From Candidatus Colwellbacteria bacterium (GTDB lineage: Bacteria; Patescibacteriota; Minisyncoccia; UBA6257; Colwellbacteraceae), in NCBI GenBank assembly GCA_016176525.1, contig JACOWZ010000003.1, positions 320,001 to 384,000 on the forward strand: a DNA stretch of 64,000 nucleotides, in the 5' to 3' direction. A model generated the notes under the pieces. It searched no databases and was not told where the DNA came from. It saw nothing but the letters and a program-made list of their open reading frames with translations. Shown here piece after piece: positions 50,113 through 60,522 of this stretch. Position 1 is the stretch's first letter; every line of letters begins with the position of its first letter. A program made the position numbers and the translations under genes.

Positions 50113-52314
50113 GTGCATATTTGTGATAGAAAAGGCCAATCTTTGGCGGAAATAATAGTGGCAGTTGCTGTTGGCATGCTTATTATTGGCTCGGCTGTTG
50201 GAGCGCTGGTTTTGACTTTGCGCGCGGGTGAGTCCACTGACAAAATAAGTAATGCTATTAATTTGTTGGAAGGTATAACGGAGCGCGCGGTCCAGCTTGC
50301 AAACGCCGATTGGGAAAGTTTTTATGTACAGCCAAAAGATTCGCATCTTTTTGTTGATAGCAACGGTGATATTGCAAGAGGCGCGGATGTTGCTGTATCT
50401 GGCAACATAACCGACGGGCTTGTTGGCCACTGGATGTTTGATAGATTTGGCACGGCTACAACGACCCTGGATTCCTCCGGTAACGGCAACGATGGCACAC
50501 TCGTAAGTGGTCCAACTATTCCTGCGGAACACAAAGATTGTAAAATGGGATTGTGTTTACAATTTGATGGTGTAGATGACTCTGTTTCTGTGCCGCACAA
50601 TGCCAGCCTTGATTTGACAACCGAGTTTACAATTATGTATTGGGTCTTGGGTGCGAACGAGAATGCGCCCAGTTCTTATTGGCCACCAATGACCAAGGGA
50701 AGTTATCAAAATAGTGGTTGGGATTCGTTCTTATCGAACGGGTCTACTCCGGCTCGCAAGGGTCCAAGTATACGCCTTAATGACAACACAAAATCGCCTG
50801 TTACATCGAGCGTTGGTTGTCCGCAAGTTGATGTCGCCGCAAGTTTTACGCATATCGCGATAACGGTTGATTTGACAGCAATCCCAGATGTTGTTTGTTA
50901 TGTTAATGGCAATCAAACTGGAACAGGGAATTTTAACTCTGCATATACAAGCGTAAAGAACGGGACGCAAACACTTCGCATCGGTGACGAGGGTGGGAGG
51001 AAAATAAAAGGTCTTATGGACGATGTTAGATTCTACAACCGCGCGCTTGCGCCGGAAGAAGTAGCGCAGCTTGCAAATTTACGCGCGGAGTACACCACGT
51101 CTTTTAAAATATCTAATGTTGAGAGAGGTGAGGCAGATAAAATTGAGCCTGGCGGCGGTGCGGCGGAGGACCCATCAACGCAGAAAATCGCAGCAACAGT
51201 TAGTGGTGAGGGCATAAGTCCGCTTAATATTACCCGCTATATAACTAGGTTCCGCAATAGCGCGGATAAGATTGAGAAGCTTTTTGATGCGGCAGATATA
51301 GGAGCACCTAGCGTGGTTACAAACGCTGCCTCCAATAAAACTACAACTTCTGCAACTTTAAACGGCGCGGCAAACCCAAACGGTGATGCCGCAACAGGTT
51401 GGTTTAGGTACTCGGAAAATGATCCAAGTGGATGTGATGATGTATTTGGTACTTCTACGGGAACCTCAAGTCTTGGTTCTGGAAATTCTTTTGTTGGATA
51501 TTCGCAGGGAATATCCGGTCTTGATTCCAATACTTGGTATTACTATTGCGCGATTGCAGAGAATTCCAAGGGTAAGGGATTCGGCGATCTGGTTGCATTT
51601 AAGACAAAATCTACGACTGTTGTTGATGAGTTTGGCCCAGGCACACATACTTGGGAGCTTGATAGTGATGTTACTAATATAACCTCTGTGACTATTGAGC
51701 TTTGGGGCGCTGGCGGAGGCGGTGCGGGTTCTGGAACATTAGGTGGAAGCGCGGGCCAGGGAGGCGCCGGAGGCGGTGCATATATTAAGCAAACACTATT
51801 TTTAGATCCCGATACTACGTATCAGGTTGTTGTTGGCGAAGGAGGAGCAGGTGGAAATGCTAATGCCGGCGGTAATGGTGGTTCATCTAGTTTTGCGCCA
51901 GGTGATGCTAATGAGGTACGCGCGGCTGGAGGCGAAGGAGCCCCTCTTAATAGTTTTGGTTCCGGTGGGGATTCATCGGGTTCACTCGGCTATGCTCTTA
52001 TTACAACTGGCGGCGATGGTGGTGCAGGACATTCTACATCTGGTAATGGCGGAGGCGGCGGAGGCGGCGGAGGCACCACTAACCCCGGCGGTGATGGAGA
52101 GCCAGGCGGCGTAACCGACCCGGGTGAGGGCGGAATTGGCGGCGCGCAGAGCGGTGGCAATGGTGGTAGCGGTGGAGCTTTTAACGAAAACGGAACTTCC
52201 GCATCGCTTGGCTCTCGTGGAGGCGGCGGAGGCGGCGCAGGCGCGACGCCAGAATTTAACCATAGTGGTGGCAATGGCGCTGGTGGATGGGCGCGAATAA
52301 CATATCAGAAGTAG
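50113..52314 (+). CDS. large minor pilin with LamG, Fn3-like and Gly-rich domains
   Basis: KG|QSLAE prepilin; GLVGHW.FD...DSSGNGN.GT, FDGVDD, G.MDDVRFYNRAL; WGAGGGG Gly-rich C-terminus. Confidence 0.85.
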   Translation: MHICDRKGQSLAEIIVAVAVGMLIIGSAVGALVLTLRAGESTDKISNAINLLEGITERAVQLANADWESFYVQPKDSHLFVDSNGDIARGADVAVSGNITDGLVGHWMFDRFGTATTTLDSSGNGNDGTLVSGPTIPAEHKDCKMGLCLQFDGVDDSVSVPHNASLDLTTEFTIMYWVLGANENAPSSYWPPMTKGSYQNSGWDSFLSNGSTPARKGPSIRLNDNTKSPVTSSVGCPQVDVAASFTHIAITVDLTAIPDVVCYVNGNQTGTGNFNSAYTSVKNGTQTLRIGDEGGRKIKGLMDDVRFYNRALAPEEVAQLANLRAEYTTSFKISNVERGEADKIEPGGGAAEDPSTQKIAATVSGEGISPLNITRYITRFRNSADKIEKLFDAADIGAPSVVTNAASNKTTTSATLNGAANPNGDAATGWFRYSENDPSGCDDVFGTSTGTSSLGSGNSFVGYSQGISGLDSNTWYYYCAIAENSKGKGFGDLVAFKTKSTTVVDEFGPGTHTWELDSDVTNITSVTIELWGAGGGGAGSGTLGGSAGQGGAGGGAYIKQTLFLDPDTTYQVVVGEGGAGGNANAGGNGGSSSFAPGDANEVRAAGGEGAPLNSFGSGGDSSGSLGYALITTGGDGGAGHSTSGNGGGGGGGGGTTNPGGDGEPGGVTDPGEGGIGGAQSGGNGGSGGAFNENGTSASLGSRGGGGGGAGATPEFNHSGGNGAGGWARITYQK

Positions 52315-52341
52315 TTAATGATGTGTTATAATTTTTAGAAT

Positions 52342-52905
52342 ATGAAAAGAATCTTTATAGTCTTGGGTGTGTTATCGGTGGTGTTTATTAGTGTTTATAT
52401 TTTACAGAAAAACAACGACAAAGTTATTAACGAACTAAATTTGGATAGTGACGACGGTTATCAAACAATAAAGATTGATAGTTTAAATGTACGTAGAGAT
52501 TTAGATATTTTCTCCAAAAAAGCGGATACTATTGTTATAGGGACTATAAAATCGATTGGCGAAGCTTATGCTACTAGAGTTAGCAAGACCAATCTTATAT
52601 ACACGCCAGTTTTTCTTGATGTTGAAACATATATTAAAAATCCTAAAATCTCTACTGAATTAAGATTTGATGTTCTAGGAGGCACAGTGGATAACGTTAG
52701 ACTTATAGCTGACGGACCAGAATTTAAAGTAGGAGAAAGAGTTTTAGTCTTTCTGGGCAAGCTTGTTAATGGAAATTTAGTTGTTTATGCTGGAAGTTCT
52801 GGTGAGTATCTATTAAAAGATGGTATGGCTTTTAGTGTTATAGATAACGAGGTTTTAACAGAAGCTGAATTAGTATCAAGAATATTAAGTAATCTAAATC
52901 CATAA
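52342..52905 (+). CDS. hypothetical exported protein (OB/TIMP-like, partner of the next gene)
   Basis: N-terminal TM; AD.IV.G.I..., GG.V......P.F..GE.VLVFL. Confidence 0.7.
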   Translation: MKRIFIVLGVLSVVFISVYILQKNNDKVINELNLDSDDGYQTIKIDSLNVRRDLDIFSKKADTIVIGTIKSIGEAYATRVSKTNLIYTPVFLDVETYIKNPKISTELRFDVLGGTVDNVRLIADGPEFKVGERVLVFLGKLVNGNLVVYAGSSGEYLLKDGMAFSVIDNEVLTEAELVSRILSNLNP

Positions 52906-52908
52906 CAT

Positions 52909-55146
52909 ATGAAACTTAAGGCTTTTATAGTTGCTCCAGTTGCCCTATTTGTATTCGGTTTCTTATATATCAACTCCGCGCTTGCTTATGTTTGGGACGG
53001 GTACAAATGGGAGCCTTACACAGTTGGATACTATATTAACTCCGATTGGGCTAGCACTTATGGTACTAGTTCAATTCAAACGGCAGCAAACCAGTGGAAT
53101 AATGCCGGGTCTGCATTTACGTTGCAATATGAGGGCCTAACAAATATATCAGAGCCCTCCACTACAGACGGATATAACACTATTACATCTGATAACTGGG
53201 GAGAGGTAGGAACTCTTGCAATAACAATTTCTTATGCTCCATGGCTATACGAAGTTTTAGATGTTGATACTGTTTTTAATACTCTTTATACCTTTAGCGA
53301 TTCGCCGGGTGTAGGTGAATATGATATACAATCCGTGATGGCTCATGAGTTTGGTCATTGGTTGGTATTGGAGCACGTTCCATTGAGTGATTGTACAGAT
53401 CCATCTATAGATCCAGTTATGTGCCCGGGCACTGGCGATGGAGAGACTTACTACAGAACTCTAAAACAGGATGATATAGACGGCATAAATCACATTTATC
53501 CCAAGTTAAGTGGAGTTATCTCAACTGATACAACTCTTACAAAAGAAAGAAGCCCGTATATTATTTCTGGGACTGTTACAGTGAATTCTGGCGTAACACT
53601 TACAGTTGATGCGGGGGCAATTATAAAATTTAAAGATACTTCATCTGAATTAATAGTAAATGGTACTCTAGATGTAAATGGAACTAGTGGAGATAAGGTT
53701 TATTTTACATCTTATAAGGATGATGTCGGCGGCGATACAAACTCGGATAGTTCAGCAACTATTCCTACAGTCGGCGATTGGCAACATATCGAATTCAGCA
53801 TTGGTTCTGCCGGCAATTTTGACTATGCTGTTGCCCGATATGGAGGGCGTTGGGGGGACGGCGTGATATATAACAACGGTGGGACTATTGCTCTAGCTAA
53901 ATCTGATGTTAGCTATTCTTATAGTGAATATGGTATATATCAAACTAGCGGATATATATCCATTAATGATTCGCATATACACCATTCTATATACAGTATA
54001 GGTTTTTTCCAGAAAGGAGGTTCTTCTGATATATCAGGATCAGAGTTTGATAATAATGAGGAGGGTATAAGAATTGGTTTATGGAATAGAAGTGCTGCGG
54101 CTACGACTAATATTTCTGGAAACTATATCCATAATAATTTTATTGGTGTTGAAATTTGTGGCGATGCGGTATCAGCAGATGTGACGGATAATATTATCTC
54201 TATTTCCTCACCTACTCCACCCTTCGATTTATATTATGGTCAGTGGGGAGTTTATATTTGCGGTTTGAATACTGTAGTGAATTTAGTAAATAACTCGGTT
54301 ATCAATAATAGCATATCAGATCTTGCTTACCCTGTAGGAGTTAGGCTTCCAGCAACTCTTATACATTCTGGTAATGTATATTCTGGCTCTGGTAAACAAG
54401 GTTTTTATTATGAGGGTAATGTTTATCCTGGTTTTGATGTCGTTTGGAACCCTTCTACGCCTACATATGTTGTAGATGATATAAGGGTTGCTACTGGTGC
54501 TACATTTACTATCAATGCTGGTACAGTTGTAAAATTCCATAGACCATCTTCGAGCATAACTATTCGAGGTACTTTCAATGTAAATGGCACCGCTGCTAAT
54601 CCGGTCCATTTTACTTCTATAAAAGATGATATAGTTGGTGGTGATACAAATAACGATAATGCTGTAACTATTCCAGTAGAAGGTGATTGGGATAAGATTG
54701 AATTTCAAGTAAGTGGATTATTAGATCAACCAATAGTTAACTTAAACCATGCTGTTATAAGATATGGGGGGTCTTCGACGGGCGCGATTGTAAATGATAG
54801 TGAATTTGGGGATATAAACATGTCCAATTCTCGAGTTAGTTATTCTAATATAGGTTTTCACCAAGTTAGAGTTAGTGGTTTGTCAAAGATTACCAATTCG
54901 AGGTTCGATAATAATTCTTACGGTTTATATTACACTGCTGGCACATTAACTACATCATCAAATAGTTTTGTAAATAACATTCTTTACGGAGTATATAATT
55001 CAACAACAACACCTATAAACATGGCAAATAACTGGTGGGGGAATATTTCAGGGCCTACGCATACTACTAATCCTATAGGTATCGGAGATTCTGTCTCAGA
55101 CAATGTAATATTTACACCTTGGCTTACTTCGGATCCTAATCCATAA
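52909..55146 (+). CDS. secreted matrixin (M10)-like metallopeptidase with beta-helix repeats
   Basis: HEFGHWLVLEH, VMCP Met-turn, L.QDDI.GI..IY; duplicated V.FTS.KDD.GGDTN.D...GDW; NNWWG..SGP. Confidence 0.82.
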   Translation: MKLKAFIVAPVALFVFGFLYINSALAYVWDGYKWEPYTVGYYINSDWASTYGTSSIQTAANQWNNAGSAFTLQYEGLTNISEPSTTDGYNTITSDNWGEVGTLAITISYAPWLYEVLDVDTVFNTLYTFSDSPGVGEYDIQSVMAHEFGHWLVLEHVPLSDCTDPSIDPVMCPGTGDGETYYRTLKQDDIDGINHIYPKLSGVISTDTTLTKERSPYIISGTVTVNSGVTLTVDAGAIIKFKDTSSELIVNGTLDVNGTSGDKVYFTSYKDDVGGDTNSDSSATIPTVGDWQHIEFSIGSAGNFDYAVARYGGRWGDGVIYNNGGTIALAKSDVSYSYSEYGIYQTSGYISINDSHIHHSIYSIGFFQKGGSSDISGSEFDNNEEGIRIGLWNRSAAATTNISGNYIHNNFIGVEICGDAVSADVTDNIISISSPTPPFDLYYGQWGVYICGLNTVVNLVNNSVINNSISDLAYPVGVRLPATLIHSGNVYSGSGKQGFYYEGNVYPGFDVVWNPSTPTYVVDDIRVATGATFTINAGTVVKFHRPSSSITIRGTFNVNGTAANPVHFTSIKDDIVGGDTNNDNAVTIPVEGDWDKIEFQVSGLLDQPIVNLNHAVIRYGGSSTGAIVNDSEFGDINMSNSRVSYSNIGFHQVRVSGLSKITNSRFDNNSYGLYYTAGTLTTSSNSFVNNILYGVYNSTTTPINMANNWWGNISGPTHTTNPIGIGDSVSDNVIFTPWLTSDPNP

Positions 55147-55149
55147 AGT

Positions 55150-56025
55150 ATGCGAAAGATATTATTTGTTCTTCTTTTTATAACTCTACTACTTGGATTT
55201 AGTGTTAATACTGCGCAGGCTGCGACAAATATAGACTCAACTGATCGTTGGGCATGGAATGATGTTATCGGCTGGATTGACTTCCATACCTTGCAGACTG
55301 TGATTATTAGAAGCACTCCATCTAGTGTTTCTGGTGCTGCGGCGTTGCTTTCTGCTGGTGATTCACCGATTTATTTACGTTGCTTGGAATTATTTCCACT
55401 TGGATGCCAAAATAGCCAAGCTGGAGACTGGAGTGTTTTCTGGGATAATATAGAAGGGCTTAGCGGCTGGGCGTGGAGTGAAACTGTTGGTTGGATAAGT
55501 TTTGATTGCCAAACTTTTGGTGATTGCGCGAGCTCTGACTATAGGGTTCTTATTAATAAAGATACAGGAGAGTTTAGTGGGTTTGCTTGGAGTTTAGCGG
55601 TTGGTTGGATAAGTTTTAACTGTATTGATATAGGTGTTTGCGGAGTATCGGACTATAAAGTGATAGCAAATCTCGGCGCCGCGCCGGGAGAAAAGATAAC
55701 TAATTTTACTGAAGTTGTTCCCGTTGGCTCAAATATATCGGTTGCGTTTAATTCCATTGTTTGGGAGGGTATGGAAAACGGTGGGAGTGTAAAAGCCCAG
55801 GTTGCAGTTTCAGATAGTGAGGATGGGCCATGGAATGATTATCGAGGGCCACTTGGATATGGCGATAATAGTGTTTATGAGTTAGGATTCTCGGGTACTA
55901 TTACCCGTTTAAAACCAGAGAGCCATCCTAGAGGTAAATATTACCGATTAAAAATAATAAAAGTTGCAAGCACGCTTGGTGAATATCCGACGGTTGATGC
56001 GGTGTATGTAAATTGGTCATACTGA
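55150..56025 (+). CDS. secreted protein with (G)WAW...GWI.F repeats
   Basis: WAWNDVIGWIDF, GWAWSETVGWISF, GFAWSLAVGWISF. Confidence 0.75.
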   Translation: MRKILFVLLFITLLLGFSVNTAQAATNIDSTDRWAWNDVIGWIDFHTLQTVIIRSTPSSVSGAAALLSAGDSPIYLRCLELFPLGCQNSQAGDWSVFWDNIEGLSGWAWSETVGWISFDCQTFGDCASSDYRVLINKDTGEFSGFAWSLAVGWISFNCIDIGVCGVSDYKVIANLGAAPGEKITNFTEVVPVGSNISVAFNSIVWEGMENGGSVKAQVAVSDSEDGPWNDYRGPLGYGDNSVYELGFSGTITRLKPESHPRGKYYRLKIIKVASTLGEYPTVDAVYVNWSY

Positions 56026-56027
56026 TT

Positions 56028-56498
56028 ATGAATAAGAAACTAAAAGCTAGAGAGGGGGTTACGGCTTTTATTATGATATTACTGATGGCGGCGATTATTA
56101 TTGAGGTTACTATAGCCAGCGTTGTGGTTACCACTTCTTTTGTCGCCGGCGTTTTTGGCGCGCGGCTATCTGCCGAGGCGCTTGCCGCCGCTCGTGCGGG
56201 GGCCGAAGACGCATCTATTAGGATTTTGCGAACTGGCAAATGTTTTAAAGAGAGCGGTGAATATCCTTGCCCGGCCCAGTGCCCACCCGATCTAGCAAAT
56301 AATGCCTATTCTTTAACGGTAGATAATAGAACTGCCTCTATTGCTATGTGTGCGGATGATAGCGCCAATCCAACGTTATTTACTATAGAATCAGTTGGCA
56401 CTGCTTTTAATAGAAAAAAGAAAATAAGGACAGAAATTGGGTTTGATACAAATGCAAAAGAGTTTAAGATTTTATCGTTTAGAGAAACACCAATATAG
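56028..56498 (+). CDS. PilX-like minor pilin
   Basis: EG|V hydrophobic helix without Glu5; A.AAA.AG.EDA; I.S.G. Confidence 0.72.
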   Translation: MNKKLKAREGVTAFIMILLMAAIIIEVTIASVVVTTSFVAGVFGARLSAEALAAARAGAEDASIRILRTGKCFKESGEYPCPAQCPPDLANNAYSLTVDNRTASIAMCADDSANPTLFTIESVGTAFNRKKKIRTEIGFDTNAKEFKILSFRETPI

Positions 56499-56500
56499 TT

Positions 56501-58036
56501 ATGAAAAAGATTGATCTTGGTAATGCATTCTATTTGCTGAACAAAGTTTTGATGCCGCCAAGCACGGTTGGCGGTTTGCAGATAACTAACTCTATAATAC
56601 GTTTTTTGGAGCTTGCGCCGAGTTCTGCAAAAGGGGACTTTGTTCTAAAGCGAGATGTCTCTTTGCGCTTGCCGCCCGGCATATTAGAGAGCAACAGGAT
56701 TAAAGACACAGTGCTTTTTATACAAGCCCTAAAAGAATTGCGTAAAAGAATTGGCATAAAACCCAAAAAACTTGTTGATGTAATTCTTACAATCCCTGCG
56801 GGCGATGTGTTTGTACAGGCCTTTACTGTTCCAATACTTGCAGAAGACAAACTTAAAGAAGCAGTTGATCTAAACCTAAAAGCAATATCGCCAATACCAA
56901 TAGATAGGTCTTATTATTCCGCAAGAAAAATCGGCAAAACAATGGAGGGCGGCGGGCAATACGAGTTTTTAGGCACTTTTGTACAACAAGATGTTATGGA
57001 CGAGTTTGCCGATGCAGTGGAGGTAGCTGGTTTTGGAATAGCGGCGGTGGAGTTCTCCAGCGTTGGGTTTGCGCGCACGCTAATTTCTGCAGGTGCCGTT
57101 TCCGATAACAAGCCATATTTGATAGTTAAAATTACGCAAGACGGTGTTATATTTTTAATACTAAAAAACGGCGAGCTTTACTTTAACTATTTCCACCCAT
57201 GGGAAAAAATAATGGAGGAAGGCGGCGGAGTGTCGTTGGATAGTATATTTTCTGTTGTGCGGCTAGAAATGCAGAGGCTGCTTAACTTTTATAGCCAGCG
57301 GTCGGAAGGCCGCATTAAAGATGCGGTTATAATATCCCCCGCTTATGGCGAGGAATTAGCGAATTTTATATATAAAGAACATCCGTATATTAATATTCAA
57401 TACGTTAACTCACAGCAAGAGAATTTCCACGGGGTGCGCGGAGCTGCTGAACGCGGGCTTTTGCCGAGGCACAAAGATACGAACATTAACCTTATGGGGC
57501 CCCATAGGCTTGGTGCATATCTGCGCAATCAAATTCTTGCATTTGTTGTTTTTTGGAGGAGTATACTAGCCGTCTCTTTGGGTTTTCTACTGGCGCTTTT
57601 TATTTCGGCAAACATAATACTTACAAAAGAGGTTGAGAGGTCAGAAGAATTGATTGCAATCAATCTTGGCACTGCGGAGTTCGCCGAGCTGGATTCGCTA
57701 AAAGCAAGCGCGGCTGAATTTAACGACTTGGTTAAGGTTTTACAGGGCGTAAGAGGCGAGCTTCAGCACTCCGCAGAGTTTATAGACGAGATTAACAATG
57801 CGAGGAGCGGCGAGGTTGTTTTAGAAAGGCTTAACTTAAACTTTACGGCATCTTCCGGGCTTTTGCGGGGCAATGCGGTAAACGAGCGAGCAATATTGGC
57901 TTTTCGCGATAGATTGCTTGCGATGGAGAGTTTGGAGGATATTAATATGCCGTTGGCAGATATTGTTACGCAGCCAACCGGTAGGGTGGCGTTTTTAGTT
58001 TCGTTTAGGATAGTAGGTAGTGACTCACCGAACTAG
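56501..58036 (+). CDS. PilM-PilN-like fusion (pilus alignment complex)
   Basis: Degenerate actin-like N-terminal part (GL.I....I, LPPG.....I.D), then INL, TM, coiled coil and a PilN-like ferredoxin-fold segment. Confidence 0.72.
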   Translation: MKKIDLGNAFYLLNKVLMPPSTVGGLQITNSIIRFLELAPSSAKGDFVLKRDVSLRLPPGILESNRIKDTVLFIQALKELRKRIGIKPKKLVDVILTIPAGDVFVQAFTVPILAEDKLKEAVDLNLKAISPIPIDRSYYSARKIGKTMEGGGQYEFLGTFVQQDVMDEFADAVEVAGFGIAAVEFSSVGFARTLISAGAVSDNKPYLIVKITQDGVIFLILKNGELYFNYFHPWEKIMEEGGGVSLDSIFSVVRLEMQRLLNFYSQRSEGRIKDAVIISPAYGEELANFIYKEHPYINIQYVNSQQENFHGVRGAAERGLLPRHKDTNINLMGPHRLGAYLRNQILAFVVFWRSILAVSLGFLLALFISANIILTKEVERSEELIAINLGTAEFAELDSLKASAAEFNDLVKVLQGVRGELQHSAEFIDEINNARSGEVVLERLNLNFTASSGLLRGNAVNERAILAFRDRLLAMESLEDINMPLADIVTQPTGRVAFLVSFRIVGSDSPN

Positions 58037-58068
58037 AAGTTGTTCGGGCAACTCGTTTGCCTAGTTTC

Positions 58069-58178
58069 GCCACCCAGCCATGCTCTACAAGTCACCGGCA
58101 TAAAATTCTTACTGAATTTTTGCCTATATCTGACCTCGTCATGCTCCGAAGATGACTTTACGAGCATAGCTGGGCGGC
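58069..58178 (-). ncRNA. candidate structured RNA/repeat element, copy 2 (3' of pth)
   Basis: 17-bp closing stem fully paired on the minus strand (2 G-U); core shared with 40829-40890. Confidence 0.55.
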
Positions 58179-58189
58179 TCATTAACTTT

Positions 58190-58675
58190 TCACAAAGAGA
58201 TTTCTTTTTCTATTTCTTCAAAAACTTTCTCTAAAGTCTTTTTGTCTGTAGTGGTTATTTTCTTTAATACGAAATCTCCCGCTTTGAGATGAGCAGGTTT
58301 GCGCACGCCGATTCGTATGCGCCAAAAATCTTTTGTTTTTAATATTTTTATAACAGAATCTATGCCTTTGTGGCCTGCAGAGTTTCTACCAAAAGATATT
58401 TTATATTTGCCCAATAGTATATCTGAATCATCATGCGCTATTATAATTTCTTCTGGTTTTAGCCCGCGTTTTTTTAACTCTTTTACTACAAAACTTCCGG
58501 AAGTGTTCATAAATGTATTAGAGTTTAGAGTTTCGAACTTAGGGCTTGTAAGATTTTTTGTTAGATAGTCTGTAAACAAAAAACCGACATTGTGGTATGT
58601 ATTCTCGTATTTTTTATCTGGGTTGCCTAGGCCGATTAAGAGTTTTGGTGCGGGGTTGATTTTCATTTTTCGCAT
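58190..58675 (-). CDS. pth: peptidyl-tRNA hydrolase
   Basis: LIGLGNP..KY..T.HNVGF, FMN.SG, HDD.D, AGHKG, RIRIG. Confidence 0.94.
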   Translation of the reverse strand: MRKMKINPAPKLLIGLGNPDKKYENTYHNVGFLFTDYLTKNLTSPKFETLNSNTFMNTSGSFVVKELKKRGLKPEEIIIAHDDSDILLGKYKISFGRNSAGHKGIDSVIKILKTKDFWRIRIGVRKPAHLKAGDFVLKKITTTDKKTLEKVFEEIEKEISL

Positions 58676-58699
58676 CGTTATACTATAGATTATATTATA

Positions 58700-59230
58700 A
58701 TGCCTGTATTCAAGAAATTCATTGCTAGTGTATGGGATGTTCTAGAAGTTCTAATAATAGCAGTGGTTTCTATATACTTGGTCTATGGCTTTATAGCCCA
58801 GCCGTTTTTGGTGCAGGGTGCCAGCATGGAGCCGAATTTCCAGCATGGCAATTACTTAATAGTTGATGAGATAAGTTATCGCTTCCGCGCGCCGGAGAGG
58901 GGCGAAGTTATTGTGTTTAGAAACCCCAATAACGAAGCAGAGTTTTATATTAAGCGCATTGTTGGGCTGCCGGGCGAGTTTGTAGAAATTAGAGGCAACG
59001 ATATTTTTATAGACGGTGTGCTTTTGCAAGAAGATTATTTGCCGAAAGAGACCGGCCTTTTCGGGAGTTATGAGTTTAACCTTAAAGATACAGAATATTT
59101 TGTTATGGGCGACAACAGGGCGCACAGTTTTGATTCGCGCAACTGGGGTCCGCTCCAGAAAGACAATGTTGTTGGAGTTGTAAGGTTAAGGTTCTGGCCA
59201 CTCGGAGAATTTAAACTCTTTACACAATGA
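58700..59230 (+). CDS. lepB: signal peptidase I
   Basis: GASMEP, YIKRIVGLPG, YFVMGDNR..S.DSR.WG. Confidence 0.95.
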   Translation: MPVFKKFIASVWDVLEVLIIAVVSIYLVYGFIAQPFLVQGASMEPNFQHGNYLIVDEISYRFRAPERGEVIVFRNPNNEAEFYIKRIVGLPGEFVEIRGNDIFIDGVLLQEDYLPKETGLFGSYEFNLKDTEYFVMGDNRAHSFDSRNWGPLQKDNVVGVVRLRFWPLGEFKLFTQ

Positions 59231-60519
59231 CCCCAATAAAGCCGGCTATCAAGAAAAAAATTTCGGTTACCCCTAAGAAGAACAAACTAAGTTCGGCAAA
59301 AGGCGCCAAAGATATTTTGCCGGATGAGTGCAGAGTGCTGGATTCTCTGCACTCGGCTGCCGCGAATATTGCTGGTTTTTACAATTTTTCAAGAATTGAG
59401 CCCGCGCCTTTGGAGAGCTCGGAGATTGAAGACGCCGATTGGGAAACTTTAGGGATCGACCCTAAGAGAATTTTAACTATAAAAGGTTCAAATGGAGATT
59501 TGCTTTCATTAAGGTTTGACCCTGCAATATCGCTATTGCGGAGTTTTACAGAAAACGGATTACACAAAACTGGCCCGCAAAGATTATATTATTTTACGCC
59601 GTCTTTTAAAGATGTTGGCGAAGAAGCTGCTTACAAAACGGAATATCATATTGGTTTTGGCATATTGGGCGGCAATGTGGACTCAATTTACGACGCACAG
59701 GTGATTAACACTGTGTATCGGTTGCTCGGGCGGCTAAAACTAAAAGACTTGATGATACATATAAACAGCGTGGGGTGCATGGTCTGCAGGCCGAATTATA
59801 AAAAAAGGCTTTTACAGTATTTTAAAGATCTAAGCTGCTGCAAAGAATGCAAACGTAAGCTGGAGAAAAATCCTTTTAGGATATTTGATTGCGGGGACAA
59901 GGAATGTATAGCTCTTTGCGCAAACGCCCCTATATTTTTAGACAGTTTGTGCTCTAATTGCAGCAATCACTTAAAGAACACGCTTGAATTTTTGGAGGAG
60001 CTTAAGTTGCCTTATATGGTTGTGCCGCAGTTTATTGGAGATTTAGATTATAGGTCTAGAACTGTGTTTAAAGTTGTATCGGAGGGTAGCGGTGACCTTG
60101 CGTGGGGCGGCAGGCACGACTATTTGGGTGAGATTATAAATGGCCACACAATACCAGCCGTGCAGAGCAGGTTAAACGTGGAGAAACTTATTGAATTAAT
60201 GCGCGAAACTTCCACGGCATCGGGGAAGGGTAGAATATTTCTAATTTATGTGGGCGATCTTGCAAAGAGAAAAAGTCTACCGCTTATAGAAGAGTTTAGA
60301 GAAAAGCGCTTGCCCGTAACAGAGAGTTTGGGCGAAGATTCTTTGTCCGCGCAGTTGCAGGCTGCAAGCCAGCTGGAGGCGCCGGTTGCGCTAATTTTGG
60401 GGCAGAAAGAGGCGCATGAAGAGAATATTATTGTAAGAGATATGGAAACCGGAATTCAAGAGATAGTGCCTATTTCAAAAGTGGTAGAAGAAGTAAGGAA
60501 GAGGTTACGAAGTAATTAA
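59227..60519 (+). CDS. degenerate HisRS-like paralogue
   Basis: KGAKD.LP, LRFD, INSVGC..CR, NP.RI.DC, GGRHD and an anticodon domain, but motif 2 and RGLDYY are eroded. Confidence 0.8.
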   Translation: MTPIKPAIKKKISVTPKKNKLSSAKGAKDILPDECRVLDSLHSAAANIAGFYNFSRIEPAPLESSEIEDADWETLGIDPKRILTIKGSNGDLLSLRFDPAISLLRSFTENGLHKTGPQRLYYFTPSFKDVGEEAAYKTEYHIGFGILGGNVDSIYDAQVINTVYRLLGRLKLKDLMIHINSVGCMVCRPNYKKRLLQYFKDLSCCKECKRKLEKNPFRIFDCGDKECIALCANAPIFLDSLCSNCSNHLKNTLEFLEELKLPYMVVPQFIGDLDYRSRTVFKVVSEGSGDLAWGGRHDYLGEIINGHTIPAVQSRLNVEKLIELMRETSTASGKGRIFLIYVGDLAKRKSLPLIEEFREKRLPVTESLGEDSLSAQLQAASQLEAPVALILGQKEAHEENIIVRDMETGIQEIVPISKVVEEVRKRLRSN

Positions 60520-60522
60520 GCT

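Noticed and set aside
58040-58234. 64-aa ORF over the structured element
   Set aside because: No matching ORF in the other copy; conservation follows base pairing rather than codons.
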